Shown in pieces: positions 11,447 through 24,260 of a stretch of 64,000 nucleotides of DNA. The stretch spans positions 171,867,292 to 171,931,291 of the forward strand of contig NC_058132.1 in the NCBI RefSeq assembly GCF_016433145.1, given 5' to 3'. The DNA comes from Gracilinanus agilis. Its lineage: Eukaryota. Below the pieces are notes generated by a model. It did not search any database. It saw only the letters and a list, made by a program, of their open reading frames with translations, and had not been told where the DNA came from. A program made the position numbers and the translations under genes. Positions within the stretch are counted from its first letter, which is position 1. Each line of letters starts with the position of its first letter.

Positions 11447-12684
11447 GCCCATTTCACAGCTCTGTCAACAATGTATTAGTATCCTCATTTTTCCATATCC
11501 CCTCCAGTGTTTCTTATTTTCTGAGGCAATACAATTTTTAATCTTCAACCATTCTCCATAACATTTTGCATTTTAATTTATATGGTAAATTAATATTGCC
11601 TTTTTTGCTGCCCCGATCTTTTCTTATCTAGGAGATTTTTTACTCACAGAAGCAATTTCTCAGTTCTTGCTTTCTTTCAATTCTTTATAATTGCTTTTTC
11701 TCAATTAAATATCTCTGGAAATAAAAAATAACAAGCAAAAATTCTTTATGATTTTACAGGTAATTCATATCATGAAATAGTTGTAATTGTCCTCAGTGTG
11801 GTTTTATCTCAATTTTAGTTATATGTTGATTCTTGACTTCAGTTTTAACTAGTTGATGATCTGATTGACAGACAGGAATGACTCATATAGTTAATTAGAT
11901 GTTTCCTATCCCTTAATATAGTTAATCTCAGTTTTTGTGGTGTTGTATAATCCTTGCCCTAGCCAGCTCCGAGATGACTTTATTTGGAGGATTTTGCAGG
12001 TTTTTATATTTCTCTCATTCTTTTGTCTTCTGCAGTAGATGATAGTTCATAAGCTGCAGTTATTTGTATGATGGTATTTTTGTTTATGCTCAGGGTAAGT
12101 GCTACAGACAAGATAACAAGGTGTTTCATGAAATATTTCTTTTTACACTTAAAGAAACCAATTTCACCAATTCTATTCTCTGAACAAAATGTAAAATTTG
12201 TTTATAGCTTCTATTTTCATTACTCCATATGGAGAGTATCAATATTGATATGATTCAGTTTTTCCAGTAATATATTGACCTGTTAGGCATTAGATAAGGG
12301 TCACACATTTAGAACACCAACAATTAAATTAATCTTTTTATTTGATATAAAAAATTGTGATTCCTAGCACCAGCCATTACAGAAATGGAAAGGACTGCAG
12401 AAAACCGAGTATCATTTTGTATTTTTCTTTCTTTCATTGGTTGCTGCAGGCAAAGAGTTCATCAGCTGGTGTCCATCCTGTTGGTAATGAGCCACAGCAC
12501 TAGCTAGTTTATCATTGAGGCCATACTAGTCTGTTTTAGCTTAGTAGAATCTACTGGAGCCTACATTCTTCTATGACAAAATCCTGGGGTCATATGCATC
12601 CATTATGAAGCATCAGGGAAAGATTTTTGTAGAGGACCAAAATATGCTTAAATTAATAGAGAAGATTTTTATTTTCTGTGTTTG

Positions 12685-12865
12685 TTTTTAAACTCTTACC
12701 TTCCATCTTAGAATCAATACTGTGTATTGGTTCCAAGGTGGAAGAGCAGTATTGACTAGGTAATTGGGGTTAAGTAACTTGCTCTGGGTCACACAACTAG
12801 AAAGTATCTGAGGATCACCTGACTCTTGGCCTAGCTCTCATTCCATTGAGCCACCTACTTGCCTC
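12685..12865 (-). mobile_element. SINE1_Mdo/MAR1-type SINE
   Basis: Reverse copy: aaactcttaccttccatcttagaatcaatactgtgtattggttccaagg...gagccacctacttgcctc. Confidence 0.85.
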
Positions 12866-13473
12866 ATTAGAGAAGTTTTAAGTGGGGAAACCATTTCTGT
12901 GTCAGTGAGTGAATACATCTAACACTGAAGGGAAGACATATTTACTAAAGTTGCTAAAAACAACATAAAATGATACTAAGAATAATTCTAGGCAACAATC
13001 AAAAAAATGAATTTCTTTTTTTTTTAATTTAAACATTTATTAATTAAAAAATGAATTTCTTATCCCTACTTAACCTTAAGTAGAACAAAAAGAAATCAGA
13101 ATACTGGGATAGTACTAACTCTTACAGGTTTCAGTGTCTTGTCAGGTAATACAGCGTTCTTAATAGTGGACAAGCATTTCTGGTTAATAAGGCTGTTAAT
13201 CTATAAAAGCTTGTGAAGACATGTAAGTGAAACTCAAGCTGCCAGGTAACATTTTTCACATACCTTATGTAATATAGGCTAAATATTTTTCATTTAATTT
13301 ACTAATTAGTTTAGTCTACTTTTGAGTTTAAATATAGTAGTTCAAAGAAATTACAGGGAAGCATATTTGACTCAATATATAAGAAAGAATATTCTAACAA
13401 TTAAGGATGTTCAACAGTATGGTGATGCAGTAAGTGAAGTGGTTACCTTACTGCCCTTAGAAGTATTCAGTCA

Positions 13474-13615
13474 TCAAATCTGACCTCAGATACTTCTTAG
13501 CTGTGTGACCCTGAGCAAATCACTTGACCCCCCATTGCTTAGCCCTTATCACTTCCTTACCTTGGAACCAATACACAGTATTGACTCTAAGATGGAAGGT
13601 AAGGGTTTTTTAAAA
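13474..13615 (+). mobile_element. 5'-truncated SINE1_Mdo-type SINE
   Basis: tcaaatctgacctcagatacttcttagctgtgtgaccctgagcaaatcacttgacc...gatggaaggtaagggtttt. Confidence 0.85.
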
Positions 13616-13919
13616 AGCAGTAGTATTTAGTCAAAGTAGATTATTATCTGCTAAGGATATGATAAAAAGAATTTTCTAAAACTCTAAGAAATAATTTAGC
13701 TTTTATTTGCATCTGATTTATATTTTCTCTTTGTCTAATCTATACAAATATCCAGTTGCCAGATTCTTTGGTTATAGCTACCACCACCTCTTATTTTTAC
13801 ATGTGAGATAGGTATTTAGGATGATGTGATCTTTCCACCTAAATTTATAAAACCTTAAACAAGAATTACCTTAAAAGTAATGACTGATCAAAATGATGAA
13901 GAATCCACTTATGGTGGCC

Positions 13920-14145
13920 ATAAGACACAGCATGGTATTGTGGAAACAGTCTTAAAGTGAGAAAATCTTAGTTCAAACCCCAGCTCCAATACTGTGTGGC
14001 CATGGACAAGTCACTTAACTCTCTGAACTTCAGTATCCTCATCTATAAAATGGGATTAATATTATGTACACTACCAATATTACAGTTATTGTAGAAAAAG
14101 TGCTTTGTAAACCTTAAAGTACTTTATAAATGTAAGCTGCTATTA
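13920..14145 (+). mobile_element. MIR SINE
   Basis: cagcatggtattgtggaaa...caagtcacttaactctctgaacttcagtatcctcatctataaaatggg...gtgctttgtaaaccttaaagt. Confidence 0.8.
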
Positions 14146-14571
14146 TAAGTGATAAATAGTAGAGTAGTACAATGGTTTTATATCTGTCATAATTTTTAAT
14201 TCATAGCATATCTCAAAACATCCCAATAGCTTTAAAATAATATAAAGCTACTGATTATATATTGCAAAAATTTTACCATACTGGAGTTGAATAAATAATA
14301 ATCACATGTAAGGGTAATTGAAATATTAGTGTCTTAATTATGGAAAGAATGATATTCAGGGGATTTTTATCCAGTACTTTACTAATGTTGTTCATGCTTG
14401 TGTGCCACTATTGTGTCAAGTGACTCCATTATCATCTACTAATAATTTTTGCACCTATGTTGTCAGGTTCTAATGATGAGTAAAATAGAGATGTAGAGGC
14501 AGCACAGTTCATCACAAAAAGAAAGAAACAAGCCACAAGCATTGAATGTTCAAAGAGACTGACAATAAACA

Positions 14572-14844
14572 ATGGAAAACATTGAAAATGAAAAAGAAAA
14601 ATCAGATGATGAAGGAAAATCTGACCCAGAGAAGACAATAGACTTTTCTGAATATTTTAACCAACTGGAATTGTTAGAAACACATAGGCACCTAATTCCC
14701 CTTGGAACTCAGAGCCTCTGGGTTGATGATACTGATGACGAAGAAGAGCAAGACGAAGAAACTGAAGAGTGGTATCAAATGCAAGAACAAAAAATGGAAA
14801 AGGAACCAAACAAATTGCTTCTTTGGGCTGCCGAAAAAAATCGG
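14572..14844 (+). CDS. ANKRD49: ANKRD49 first coding exon (91 codons): MENIENEKEKSDDEG...FNQLELLETHRHLIPLGTQSLW...LLLWAAEKNR
   Basis: Matches ANKRD49 N-terminal motifs (DFSE.FNQLELLETH.HLIP.GTQSLW; LLLWAAEKNR). Strong Kozak aacaATGg, donor |gtaaga at 14845 (phase 0). The exon probably begins at 14467 after tgttgtcag. Confidence 0.97.
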
Positions 14845-15477
14845 GTAAGAAGAAATTTTCTATTTTTTTGTTATTAATTTCAAATTTCTCTCTTTAAAAG
14901 ATATAAGAAACCCTCTACATTTTTTTCAAGACACGAATAGCATCCGGAAAACATTGCCAAATAGTCTTTACTATGTTCATGCCCAATGTACTACTCTTTA
15001 TGTAGTTATCCTACAATATAATAAATTTACTATAAATACATATATAGTAGATAAATTAATCTCTTGTACCTCCATTAGTATCCTATTCCAGTCCTTTTCA
15101 TCATGTGAAGCTCTGGAAAAATAGTTCCTAAAGCAAAAAAGTCTTTGGTTAAACCTAAAATATACCTTATTATCTAGGTACTAACATAAGCAGAGGCATG
15201 TCACTAGAAAATTGGCTTTAAAAAAAAAAGGAAAGAAAAGAAACTTGACTAATAAGTAATAAATTTTTTGGCTATAGAAATCCATGAAACCATCTATTAT
15301 GAGGCTTTCAATCTGTGGCATTGAAAGTTTCATCCACATAAATGAAATTGTAGATTTTTAAGTACTAAAACAAGGTAGCTGATATGTCTGTTGTAAAGAA
15401 ACTAGGTTATTAGTCTGCCAAAATTCCTTGTCATTACATTAAAATAAAGGCTTCCCAAAAATCAAGATCCACGTCTT

Positions 15478-15686
15478 GGGGCATCTAAGTGGCTTTATGG
15501 GAAAACAACCAGGCCTAGAGAAGAGAGATCCTGAGTTCAAATGTGTCCTGAAACACTTCTAGCTATGTGACCCTAGGCAAGTTACTTAACCCCAATTGCC
15601 TAGTCCTTGTGCTTTTCTTCTGGCTTGGAACCAATACTTAGTATCGATTCTAAGACAGAAGGTAAGAGTTTTAAAAAAAAAAAAAA
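15478..15686 (+). mobile_element. SINE1_Mdo/MAR1-type SINE
   Basis: ggggcatctaagtggct...ccaggcctagagaag...gtgaccctaggcaagttacttaaccc...gaaggtaagagtttt plus A tail. Confidence 0.85.
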
Positions 15687-17039
15687 GATCCATGTCATTA
15701 AACATACAGTATGTAATATAGAATGAATCAACTCACCACTGAGTGGCCTGACATAAATAATATTAAGTTTTTTGGGCTACATGTATTCTTTAGTCTCCTA
15801 CCAGGTAATATAAAATGATTACTGATATATTTTTGCACATAGTATAATTTTGTTAGGACTGTTTTCTCTTGTCAGGATGTGTGTACCACTAGAATATAGA
15901 CTCTGAAGAGCGTGGGGATTTTTTTGCTTTTCTTTGTATCTCCTATGCTTAGCATAGTGTCTGGTACTTTATAAACCCTTAATAAATACTGGTTGATTGA
16001 TGCTCAGAGGGCCTTAGATCTGGAAAAGATCTGAGGTCCTATAGGATTAAATGAACAATGGATGAGGAGAATCAGTCCTAGATGAATGAAGCAAATTATA
16101 TAAAGTTTCACAACAAATAAGTGGCCTTGGATCTCTTGGCCTAAAATCTGACAGAGAAAGTCATCTCTAAGGGATTGGATGTTCTCAAGAAGTATTCTGT
16201 TTTTACATGCATGAACAAATTCATACACTAACAAACCTGAGAATTCAGTTTCTACATTCAGTTACTGCCACTCTGAACACACACCTTTATAACACATTTA
16301 CTGCAGCCATTATTTTTCTTTCTGTGATGCTATACCCCAGGCACCTAAGCTAGCTAACCCTCCTAAAAACTGCAAGTAAGGATATATATATATATATATA
16401 TATCAGCCCTTTATAGAGTTCTTGCTGATCCTGAATATCCTTCATAGAATGATAACCATATATTCTTCCTGAGGCTTTTCCTGCTGTCTCAGAAACTAAG
16501 AAGAAAATTTTCCTGTAAAGGGGGCAACATCTGTGTCTCCCTTCTTTAATTCCATAGTGTCTCAAGCTCCTGATCTGCCATTCTATCTAATTAGATACAT
16601 TTAGTGTTTTATGCAAACATAAACATCTAGAGAATCGTTTATAGAGAATTCCTCTTTTGGATTTTGCTCAAGATACTCCCACCATGACTCTGGGTCACAC
16701 TTTTTCTGTCTTATTGTATTCTTCACATGGCATATATAATAAAAATATCTTTTAAATTATTTATGTTGTTCCTTCCATCTTTTTCAGAACTTTGTATGAT
16801 CTGATATGCAGACTTTCTTTGAAGACACCTTGTAAGGTTATCTTTTGCTCTAGCAGGGTCAGATGCCTTGGTTTTTTTTTAAATAAGCAAATGGCCAAAA
16901 AAAAAAAATGGCAAGAGGCAACTTGGTATGGTAGGAAGAATATAAAGCCTAAAATTAGGAAAAACTGGATTCAAATCTTGTTTCTGACACTACTTTCATG
17001 AGCATAAATGACATCTTTTTTTTCTCTGAGATCCAGGTC

Positions 17040-17235
17040 CCTCATCTGTATTACCTACTGTTAGTTCCTCCCTCATAAAATTCTGACTCTAGTTTCCACA
17101 AGATGTAAAGAGAATGCAAGATAAGGGTCCAAATTCCTTGGAATACCCACTCTGTGGCAGGATGTAGAGTTTTACTTGTCAATAGAGAGAAAAGTTCCAC
17201 AGCACAAGTAGTCATGGATGGGTTGTGATCTCATT
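17040..17235 (+). mobile_element. RTE LINE 3' fragment
   Basis: ...gtcatggatgggttgtgatctc resembles the RTE 3' end. Confidence 0.45.
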
Positions 17236-18399
17236 TTTTCAGGGGAGTTATCTACATTGATAAGATCACAAACCACTGTAGAATTGCATATTTCCTCAAC
17301 AGAACCAAATAAAAGCCCATCCACATCTTAATAGATGAGCTGCTTAAAAATATTCTGGTTTTGGTCTACTTTCTGCTGATGAGACTTAACTAAGCTAGTA
17401 CTTGGTGGAGGGAAAGTAATTGGAGCCCTAGTTGAAGTCATTGCATTTGGGTAGGATCTGCCAAAGCCAGAACTCTGCTATAACACTATTAGAGAACCTA
17501 GTGTCATTTCTCTTTAAGGTGAGTTTGGAATTGGGCTTTAGTGAAGGAAGATTGAATATAGTGTTTTTAAATTTTAGAATGTAGTATTGTTAAATAAAGG
17601 TTTTTTTCCCCTTTCAGAACTCTACCTTGGCTTTTTCAATTGTTTCTCTTTTATTCAGTGGAAATTCAACCTATCTTCTTTAAGTAGATTAAAATTCACA
17701 TCTTTAGCCTTTTTTGCCCTCCTCTATGTTATTTTATATAAAACAGGGCAAGACTGATATTTCTATTCTCAGTAACATGTCTTTTTTAGAGTCTTTTATC
17801 TTTTATTTTCTCTACCATCACATTTCAAAAATTCTTCCTTATTTTTTAATCCCTAATGCAAGCATTACTTCAGCCCAAATAAAGGTTGATCTCATGGGGA
17901 GGTAACAGTGAAAATGAAACTTACAAATTAATAACATCTTTGGCTCTTTCATTATATCTGTTGCTTGTCTGTTGATTCATTATAATTTGACCTTTGGGAT
18001 ATTAAGGTCCTGAAAATTCAGTTATGTATTGAGGAAGATGTTTTAGTTATTATATACAAAAAAGAAAAATAGCCTTCCATTTAAACTAATTCTATCTTAC
18101 ATTAAGGGTAGATTAAACTGCTATAAAGAAACATTTTTATCATTCTTCCAATGCTTCACAAATGTTAGGGAATTTTTCCACATCCTGTGCATATGCAGAC
18201 CTGTTAGACTTCATGCCACTCATTTCCTTCCTTCTCCATATTCTAAAAGGCACTGCTCAACTAGACACCTTCTTTGCCAAATTTCCTTTGGATACCTTTT
18301 TAGAGGATTACAGCAGTTACATAGTTTAACTTGTACCTAACTCCTGCATAACATCCCCAACAAGTGAGATACTGGAGAACATACTTAAAGGATGTTTTT

Positions 18400-19670
18400 T
18401 TTTAATCATATCTATTTTTACTTTGGCTTTGTCAGAAATCATAATAGCCACTCCTGCCTTCTTTTTCTTATTTGACGCCCAAAAGATTTTGCTCAAGCCC
18501 TTAACCTTAAACTTGTGTATGTCCACCCACCTCATATGTGTTTCTTGTAGACAACATATGGTAGGATTTTGGTTTCTAATCCACTCTGCTATTTGCTTCC
18601 ATTTTATGAGCGAGTTCATCCCATTCACATTCAGAGTTATAATTATCAGTTGTGCATTCGCTGACATTTTTATATCCTCCCCTAGTCCTACCCCTTCTTC
18701 TTACACTATTTCCTTTTAAACCAGTGGTTTGCTTTAAGCCTGTATCCCTTATCCCCTCCCTTGATTAACTTCGCTTTCTACCCCCTCCCTTATTATTCCC
18801 CTCTTTTTATTTTTAAAGGCCTAATGAATTCCCTTCCCCTTCTTCTCCCCTCCCTTTTTTGACCTCCCCTCTCCCCTTCTCCCCTTGGTTTATTCCTTCT
18901 GACTTTCTCAGTAGGGTTAGGTAGAGTTTTATGTCCCAATGGATAGTATAGCTACTCTTCCCTCTCCGGGTTGATTACACTGAGAGTAAGGTTTAAATAT
19001 TACCTCTTAATGCTCTCTTCCTCTCCTTCTTATAATAGTATTTGTCCCCTCTCCTTCCCATGCCCTCTTTGTGTGTAATAGAATATCCTATTTTTCTTAT
19101 TCAATCAAGTTTCTCTTGGTGTCCCCTACTATTCACCCCCCCTTTCCCACCCCCCATATCATCTTAGACCATTTAGTATTCCACCCTCTCCCTATGAATT
19201 ATTCCTCTGATTACTATAATAGTGAATACTATAATAGTGAATAGAGTTCACTACAGAGAATTATACATAGCATTTCTCCACATAGGAATACAGATAATTA
19301 AATCTTATTGAAGCCCTTAAAGAGGCAAATTTAAAAATTATGAGTTTTCTTTCTTTCCCCTGTTTCTTATTTACCTTTTCATGTTTCTCTCGATTTTTGT
19401 GGTTGGATATCACACTTTCCATTTAGTCCTGGTCTTTTCTGTGCAAATACTTGGAAATCTTCAATTTTGTTGAATGCCCATACTTTCCCCTGGAAGTATA
19501 TAGTCAGTTTTGATGGGTAGTTGATCCGTGGTTGAAGGCCCAGCTCTCTTGCCTTTCTGAATATCATATTCCAAGCCTTGTGGTCTTTTAGCATGGAGGC
19601 TGCCAGATCCTGTGTGATCCTGATTGGTGCTCCTTGGTATTTGAATTGTCTCTTTCTGGCTTCTTGTAAT
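18400..19670 (-). mobile_element. L1 internal fragment (ORF1 C-terminus, spacer, ORF2 endonuclease N-terminus), antisense in ANKRD49 intron 2
   Basis: ORF 18326-18667(-) reads ITLNVNGMNSLIK...ICCLQETH...KKKAGVAIMISDK (L1 APE endonuclease). ORF 19379-19594(-) reads AWNMIFRKARELGLQPRINYPSKL (L1 ORF1p). Confidence 0.95.
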
Positions 19671-20639
19671 TGAAATTACCTGTTTATCACCATGTCTTTT
19701 CAAGTACTCTTTTCCCTACTCCAGCCACCCACAGTACTAGAGAAGCCTTATAAACCTGATGGTATTGCTAACTCTCAGACCAAGAATTGAGGCCTGTGAG
19801 TCAGACCAGCCCTAAGGCAAAGAAGAAGGAAATAAGATGACTATAATACAGGAAGGAGCCTATGAGACAAGAAAATGGGGGGTGGGGTACAGAGAGCTAT
19901 CCCTCTAATTAAAAGGAATTTTATACAAGAGGAAACAAAGTAAAAGGAATGAAAGAAGATTAAGAAACCTAATTGTAAGGTTTCTCAAAGCATCCCTTAT
20001 CAAACTACCTTTGCGGGACCCTCCCCCCCAACCCTGCAAGCCTGCAAGGCTTGTGCATATCTGGGGACTGAAGAAAGCCTACTACAGAAAGAATAGAGGA
20101 ATTTGGCTCAGAGAATGATATAATTGGAACTTGGAATACAGTATAACTTGGAGGATAGGCCCTACTATTCTCTATTACAGTGATAACTAGTTTTCCAGTA
20201 TCAGTGTTCCAAATGTCAGTCTCACCCTTTGAAGAAAACAGCCTACATTCAACCCTGGAAATCTGACAGAAGAGGGAATAGATAATAACAAAGGGGTGAA
20301 AGGAAGCACAACAGTACTGGACTACTACATAAAGGAAAAAGATTGACAAAAAGAATACTTCCAGCAAGATCACCATAGAAAAATGACCAGAATGATTAAG
20401 AGGACAAAAACTGACTAAGAAGGAAAAATTGATTTAAAGAAAAGATTGGCTTCAGTGGAAATTAAAAGAATATTAAAGCAACTAACTTCAAAAGAACAAT
20501 TAAAGAAATAAACCAAAATAGAAATGGAGGACAGGAATTAGAGATCTTAAGGTACAAAACAGAATGTTTATATAAGCTTTTTCCACTTCCAGTTCAAAAA
20601 CTCTGAAATTCCTTTTTCTAATCATAATCTGTTGTTATT

Positions 20640-22130
20640 CCACAAGCCCTCTATCTTGAAACTCTTAACCCTGTTATTAATCTTTACAGTGACCTCCAAT
20701 CTCTCTACCCCTCTGTTTACAAGGCTATCTCCTATCCCTACATTAGCTACATTATCTCACCTTCCCCAACTTGACCCCTTGGTGAAAGGGTCATTTATTA
20801 GCCACCTACATTTAGCACTTATTAAGTGCTGTATTTACTAAGTATTTCCTATATAGTAGGCACCGGGGATCCAAAGAAAAGCAAAAACCAATCCCTGCTT
20901 TCAAGGGAGTTCATAATCTAATAGCAGAGACAGCAGGCTAACAATGATGTACAAATGATATATACAAAATAAATCAAGGTGGTTCTTAGAGGGAAGGCAC
21001 TAAGATGGACTGACAAAGGCTTCTTGCAGAAAGTAGGACTTGAGCAAGCTACAGATTTGAAAAAAGCCAGATAGGACAGGAAACAAAGATGAGGAAAAAT
21101 TGCTGCTGAATAGAGCTATAGAAAACCCTACTGATTGGGTCCAGAACAAATTTGTTCTCAAGTGTGGCCTCAGTACAGCAAGGCAATCCATGTCTCCTTA
21201 ATTCACTTATTTTCCATTTACCATAACAGCTATTCCAAACCTTTTATTCTTCCTCTAGCCTCCTGTGGCACTTCCTTTCCTAAATTTCTGAGCTGAGAAC
21301 CTTGCCTCATAATTCCCTGAAAAAAGTGAGGCCCCCTAGTGCTCCCTCTTATCCCTTCATCCTCATCTCACTTCACTTAGAATGTTTTTCACTTTCATCT
21401 CTTTATATCTTTCATGTCTGTCTCTCATAAAAAGGTGTCCCTTCTCCCTTAAGGCAAAGCCCTCTATGCACAAGTTGATCCCATTCCATTTAGTCTTTTC
21501 CAGCAAATTGCCCCATCTCTTCCTTGTTTTCCCAACAAATCTTCAGTCTCTTCCTATCTATTAGGTACTTCCCTACTGCCTACAGAATCACCCCGTCTTC
21601 CCCCCATTAGTAAATGCTCATTTGATCTATTTATTCCCCCTAGCTGTCATTAGTTTTTCTCTTCCTTTTATGGCTAAACTTGAGAAGGCAACCTGCAATT
21701 GGTGTGTTCATTGCCTCTTCTCTCTCTCTCTACAATCTGGCATCCAGCCTCATTATTCAGCTGAAATAACTCCAAAGTTACCAATCATCTAATAACCTTT
21801 TCTCAATTTTAATAACTTCATGACCACTGTTTAGCCTTTGATGCTGTCAGTCAACCTGTTCTTAGTATATACCTTTCCAGGTTTTCATGACACTCTCTGC
21901 TTCTCCTACCTTGCTGACCACTCCTCAGTCTCTTTTACTGGATCTTCATCCAACCCACAGCCACTAACCTTGGGTATGCCAAAGGCTCTGTCCTGACCCT
22001 TCCTCCCCTTCTCTTTTCACACTCTACTCTTTCACATGGTTGATCTCAGCAACTCCCAAAGACTCAATTATCAACTCAATGCTGATGATATTTCCAGTCT
22101 ATTTATCTTGCCTAACCTTTGCTAGTCTTT
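20640..22130. mobile_element. Cluster of L2 LINE remnants
   Basis: L2-like text: ttttcatgacactctctgcttctcctaccttgctgaccactcctcagtctcttttactggatcttcatcc...ctcaattatcaactcaatgctgatgat. Confidence 0.6.
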
Positions 22131-22558
22131 AGTCTCACCTGTCTATTTGATTATAGCTGAAAATAGGTATTTAATCTAAGTATTAAGTAACCATGTCATA
22201 AAAAACTGGTAACAAGAACAGGTAGCTTTCACAGCTCTGGTTGGGTAAAGAATTCTTAACCCAGGAATAGAAGAATTTAAAAAAGATAAAAGGACAAATT
22301 AAGCTATATAAAATTTTAAAGGTTTTATACAAATAAAAGCAATGAATAAAAAATTAGAAAAGAAACTGAAAGGGAGTAGGAATACCTGCACTATTTATCA
22401 CTGACAAAGTCTGATAACCAAAATATGGCTATGTATACAAATATATGCTACCAATAGTGGAATGAGCACACCTGACTCAGACCTATAGCCTCTGTTGATT
22501 GAGATTTTACAGTGGATTTAAATGAGACATTTGTAGATCATTCAATAGTTGACAAAAA

Positions 22559-22760
22559 GGGCAGCTAGGTGGCTCAGTGGCTAGAAAGCCAGACCTGGAG
22601 ACAAGGAGGTCGTGGGTTCAAAAGTTGCTTCTAACATTTCCTAGCCATGTGACTCTGGAGAAAATCAAATCCCCAATTGCCTGGCCCCTAGCACTCTTCT
22701 GCCTTGGAACTGATACTTAGTATCAATTCTAACACAAAAGGTAAGTATTTAAAAAAAAAT
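22559..22760 (+). mobile_element. SINE1_Mdo/MAR1-type SINE (first of tandem pair)
   Basis: gggcagctaggtggctcagtggctagaaagccagacctggagac...; flanked by aatagttgacaaaaagg / aatagttaacaaaagg. Confidence 0.88.
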
Positions 22761-22767
22761 AATAGTT

Positions 22768-22976
22768 GGGGGCAGCTGGGTAGCTCAGTGGATTGAGAGA
22801 GACGGGAGGTCCTAGGTTCAAATCTGGCCTCAGACACGTCCTAGCTGTGTGACCCTGGGTAAGTCACTTGACCCCCATTGCCTACCCTTACCACTCTTCT
22901 GCCTTGGAGCCAATATACAGTATTGACTCCAAGACGGAAGGTAAGGGTTTAAATAATAATAATAATAATAATAATA
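22768..22976 (+). mobile_element. Young SINE1_Mdo with (AAT)n tail (second of tandem pair)
   Basis: Near-consensus gggggcagctgggtagctcagtggattgagag...gacggaaggtaagggttt, CpGs retained, TSD aataatagtt. Confidence 0.92.
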
Positions 22977-23299
22977 GTTAACAAAAGGAGTTTTACTTAG
23001 TCAAACACAGCATAGATAATATTGTAGCACTTAGATAAAACCTGCCTTGCATAAGTACATTCATCTCTTGTCAGCAAGTCCAAGTATCATGACTTGCACA
23101 GACTTGGAACTTCCACCAAGTCTGAGGGGCCCAATCCCAGTGACTAGGATGCCATGTCAATATGGCATCATCATATTCTGTCAACAAAGATACTCTTGAG
23201 CTTTAGCTCATGAGGCCAGGCAAGTCTTAGGGAGAGCTTCTTTGCCTTTTAAGGAAAGAATTAGCCTAACTTTCACAGTAGATTAGAAAAAGTGGTATA

Positions 23300-24260
23300 G
23301 TGAACCTATCACATTGAGCCATTTCAGTCAAAGGATATAAACAAATTTTTCCAAAAAGATTTGCCAACTATGAACCACCACATGAAAGCATGCTTTGAAT
23401 CACTAAGAGCGTAAGTTATAACAACCTACTGTGTGCTAAGGACTTTAATAGATACTAAGAATACAAAGTTAAAAGTAAAATACTACCATTGAGAGACCTA
23501 CAATCTAGCTGAGGAGCAACATGTATGTGACATATGTGTATGTATACATATGTGTATATAAAATCACAAAGATGAAGAGGAAAAAGTTAACAAACAGCCA
23601 AGGTTGGAAGGGCATGCTCATATACTTCTAAAGGAACTGTATAGCAATAATCCAGCCTTTCTGTATTTCACTCTGGAAGTAAATAAGAAAAGTGACTCAA
23701 TTGTACATATCCTTTGACTACTACGGATATACCCTAAAGGAAGCAAAAAACAGAAAATTCTAATGCACAACAAAAATTCATATTCACTCACTTTAATGGT
23801 GAATATAAATAGCATTTATAATATAATTCAAATCATTCTTTATAATAGCAAATAACCAAAGTGAATGCCCATTGACTGGGCAGTTACTGAAAAAATTATA
23901 ATATGGATATAATAGAATTGGGCAGTAATAAATGACAAAAGTAGAAGTAATTGAGAGTCATATTTAGATTCCCATGAACTGATATAGAGTGAATTAAGAA
24001 AAATCTTACAATTATTTTAATGTACATTTTTTTAATGTCTAAAAGGAAGTTGAATTCTGAAACAGTGAAAAACTTATAAAGGTCTTGGAGATGAGGTAAT
24101 GAAACATACCTATTCTGTGCAAAGCACAGTTCACAGACTGTGAGAGATACAAAGATGAGTAAAACAGTCTCTCCCTTAGTCGGGGAAAGAAAACTTGACA
24201 AAAATGATAGGAATATTGTATCATATGAAAATGCTATGAGAGGTACAAAGGGCTTTCTGC
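23300..24260 (+). mobile_element. Old L1 ORF2 3' end / 3'UTR remnants
   Basis: ctatgaaccaccacatgaaagcatgct...cctttgactactacggatataccctaaagg...gaatgcccattgactggg. Confidence 0.6.

Larger units (their letters stand above)
8330..12600 (-). mobile_element. Fragmented RTE-clade LINE (RTE_Mdo-like) in ANKRD49 intron 1, interrupted by MIR, L1 and SINE insertions
   Basis: Minus strand gives VFQMLSSEDNIM near 9425-9460 (degenerate RT LFADD motif), then gagctgggtccagagctgaatatgaggaaaag and the RTE 3' end (ggcatggatagattgtaatttgcactgttgg...gatgagatcatagatcc) near 8330-8400. The 11450-12600 part is less certain. Confidence 0.65.

Noticed and set aside
18326-18667. 113-aa ORF as an independent gene
   Set aside because: It is the L1 ORF2 endonuclease N-terminus, truncated and running into unrelated flank.
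22768-22850. tRNA-like heads (A/B box: tagctcagtgg ... ggttcaaatc) as tRNA genes
   Set aside because: They continue into the SINE core and tail and recur more than 20 times; they are tRNA-derived SINEs, not tRNAs.
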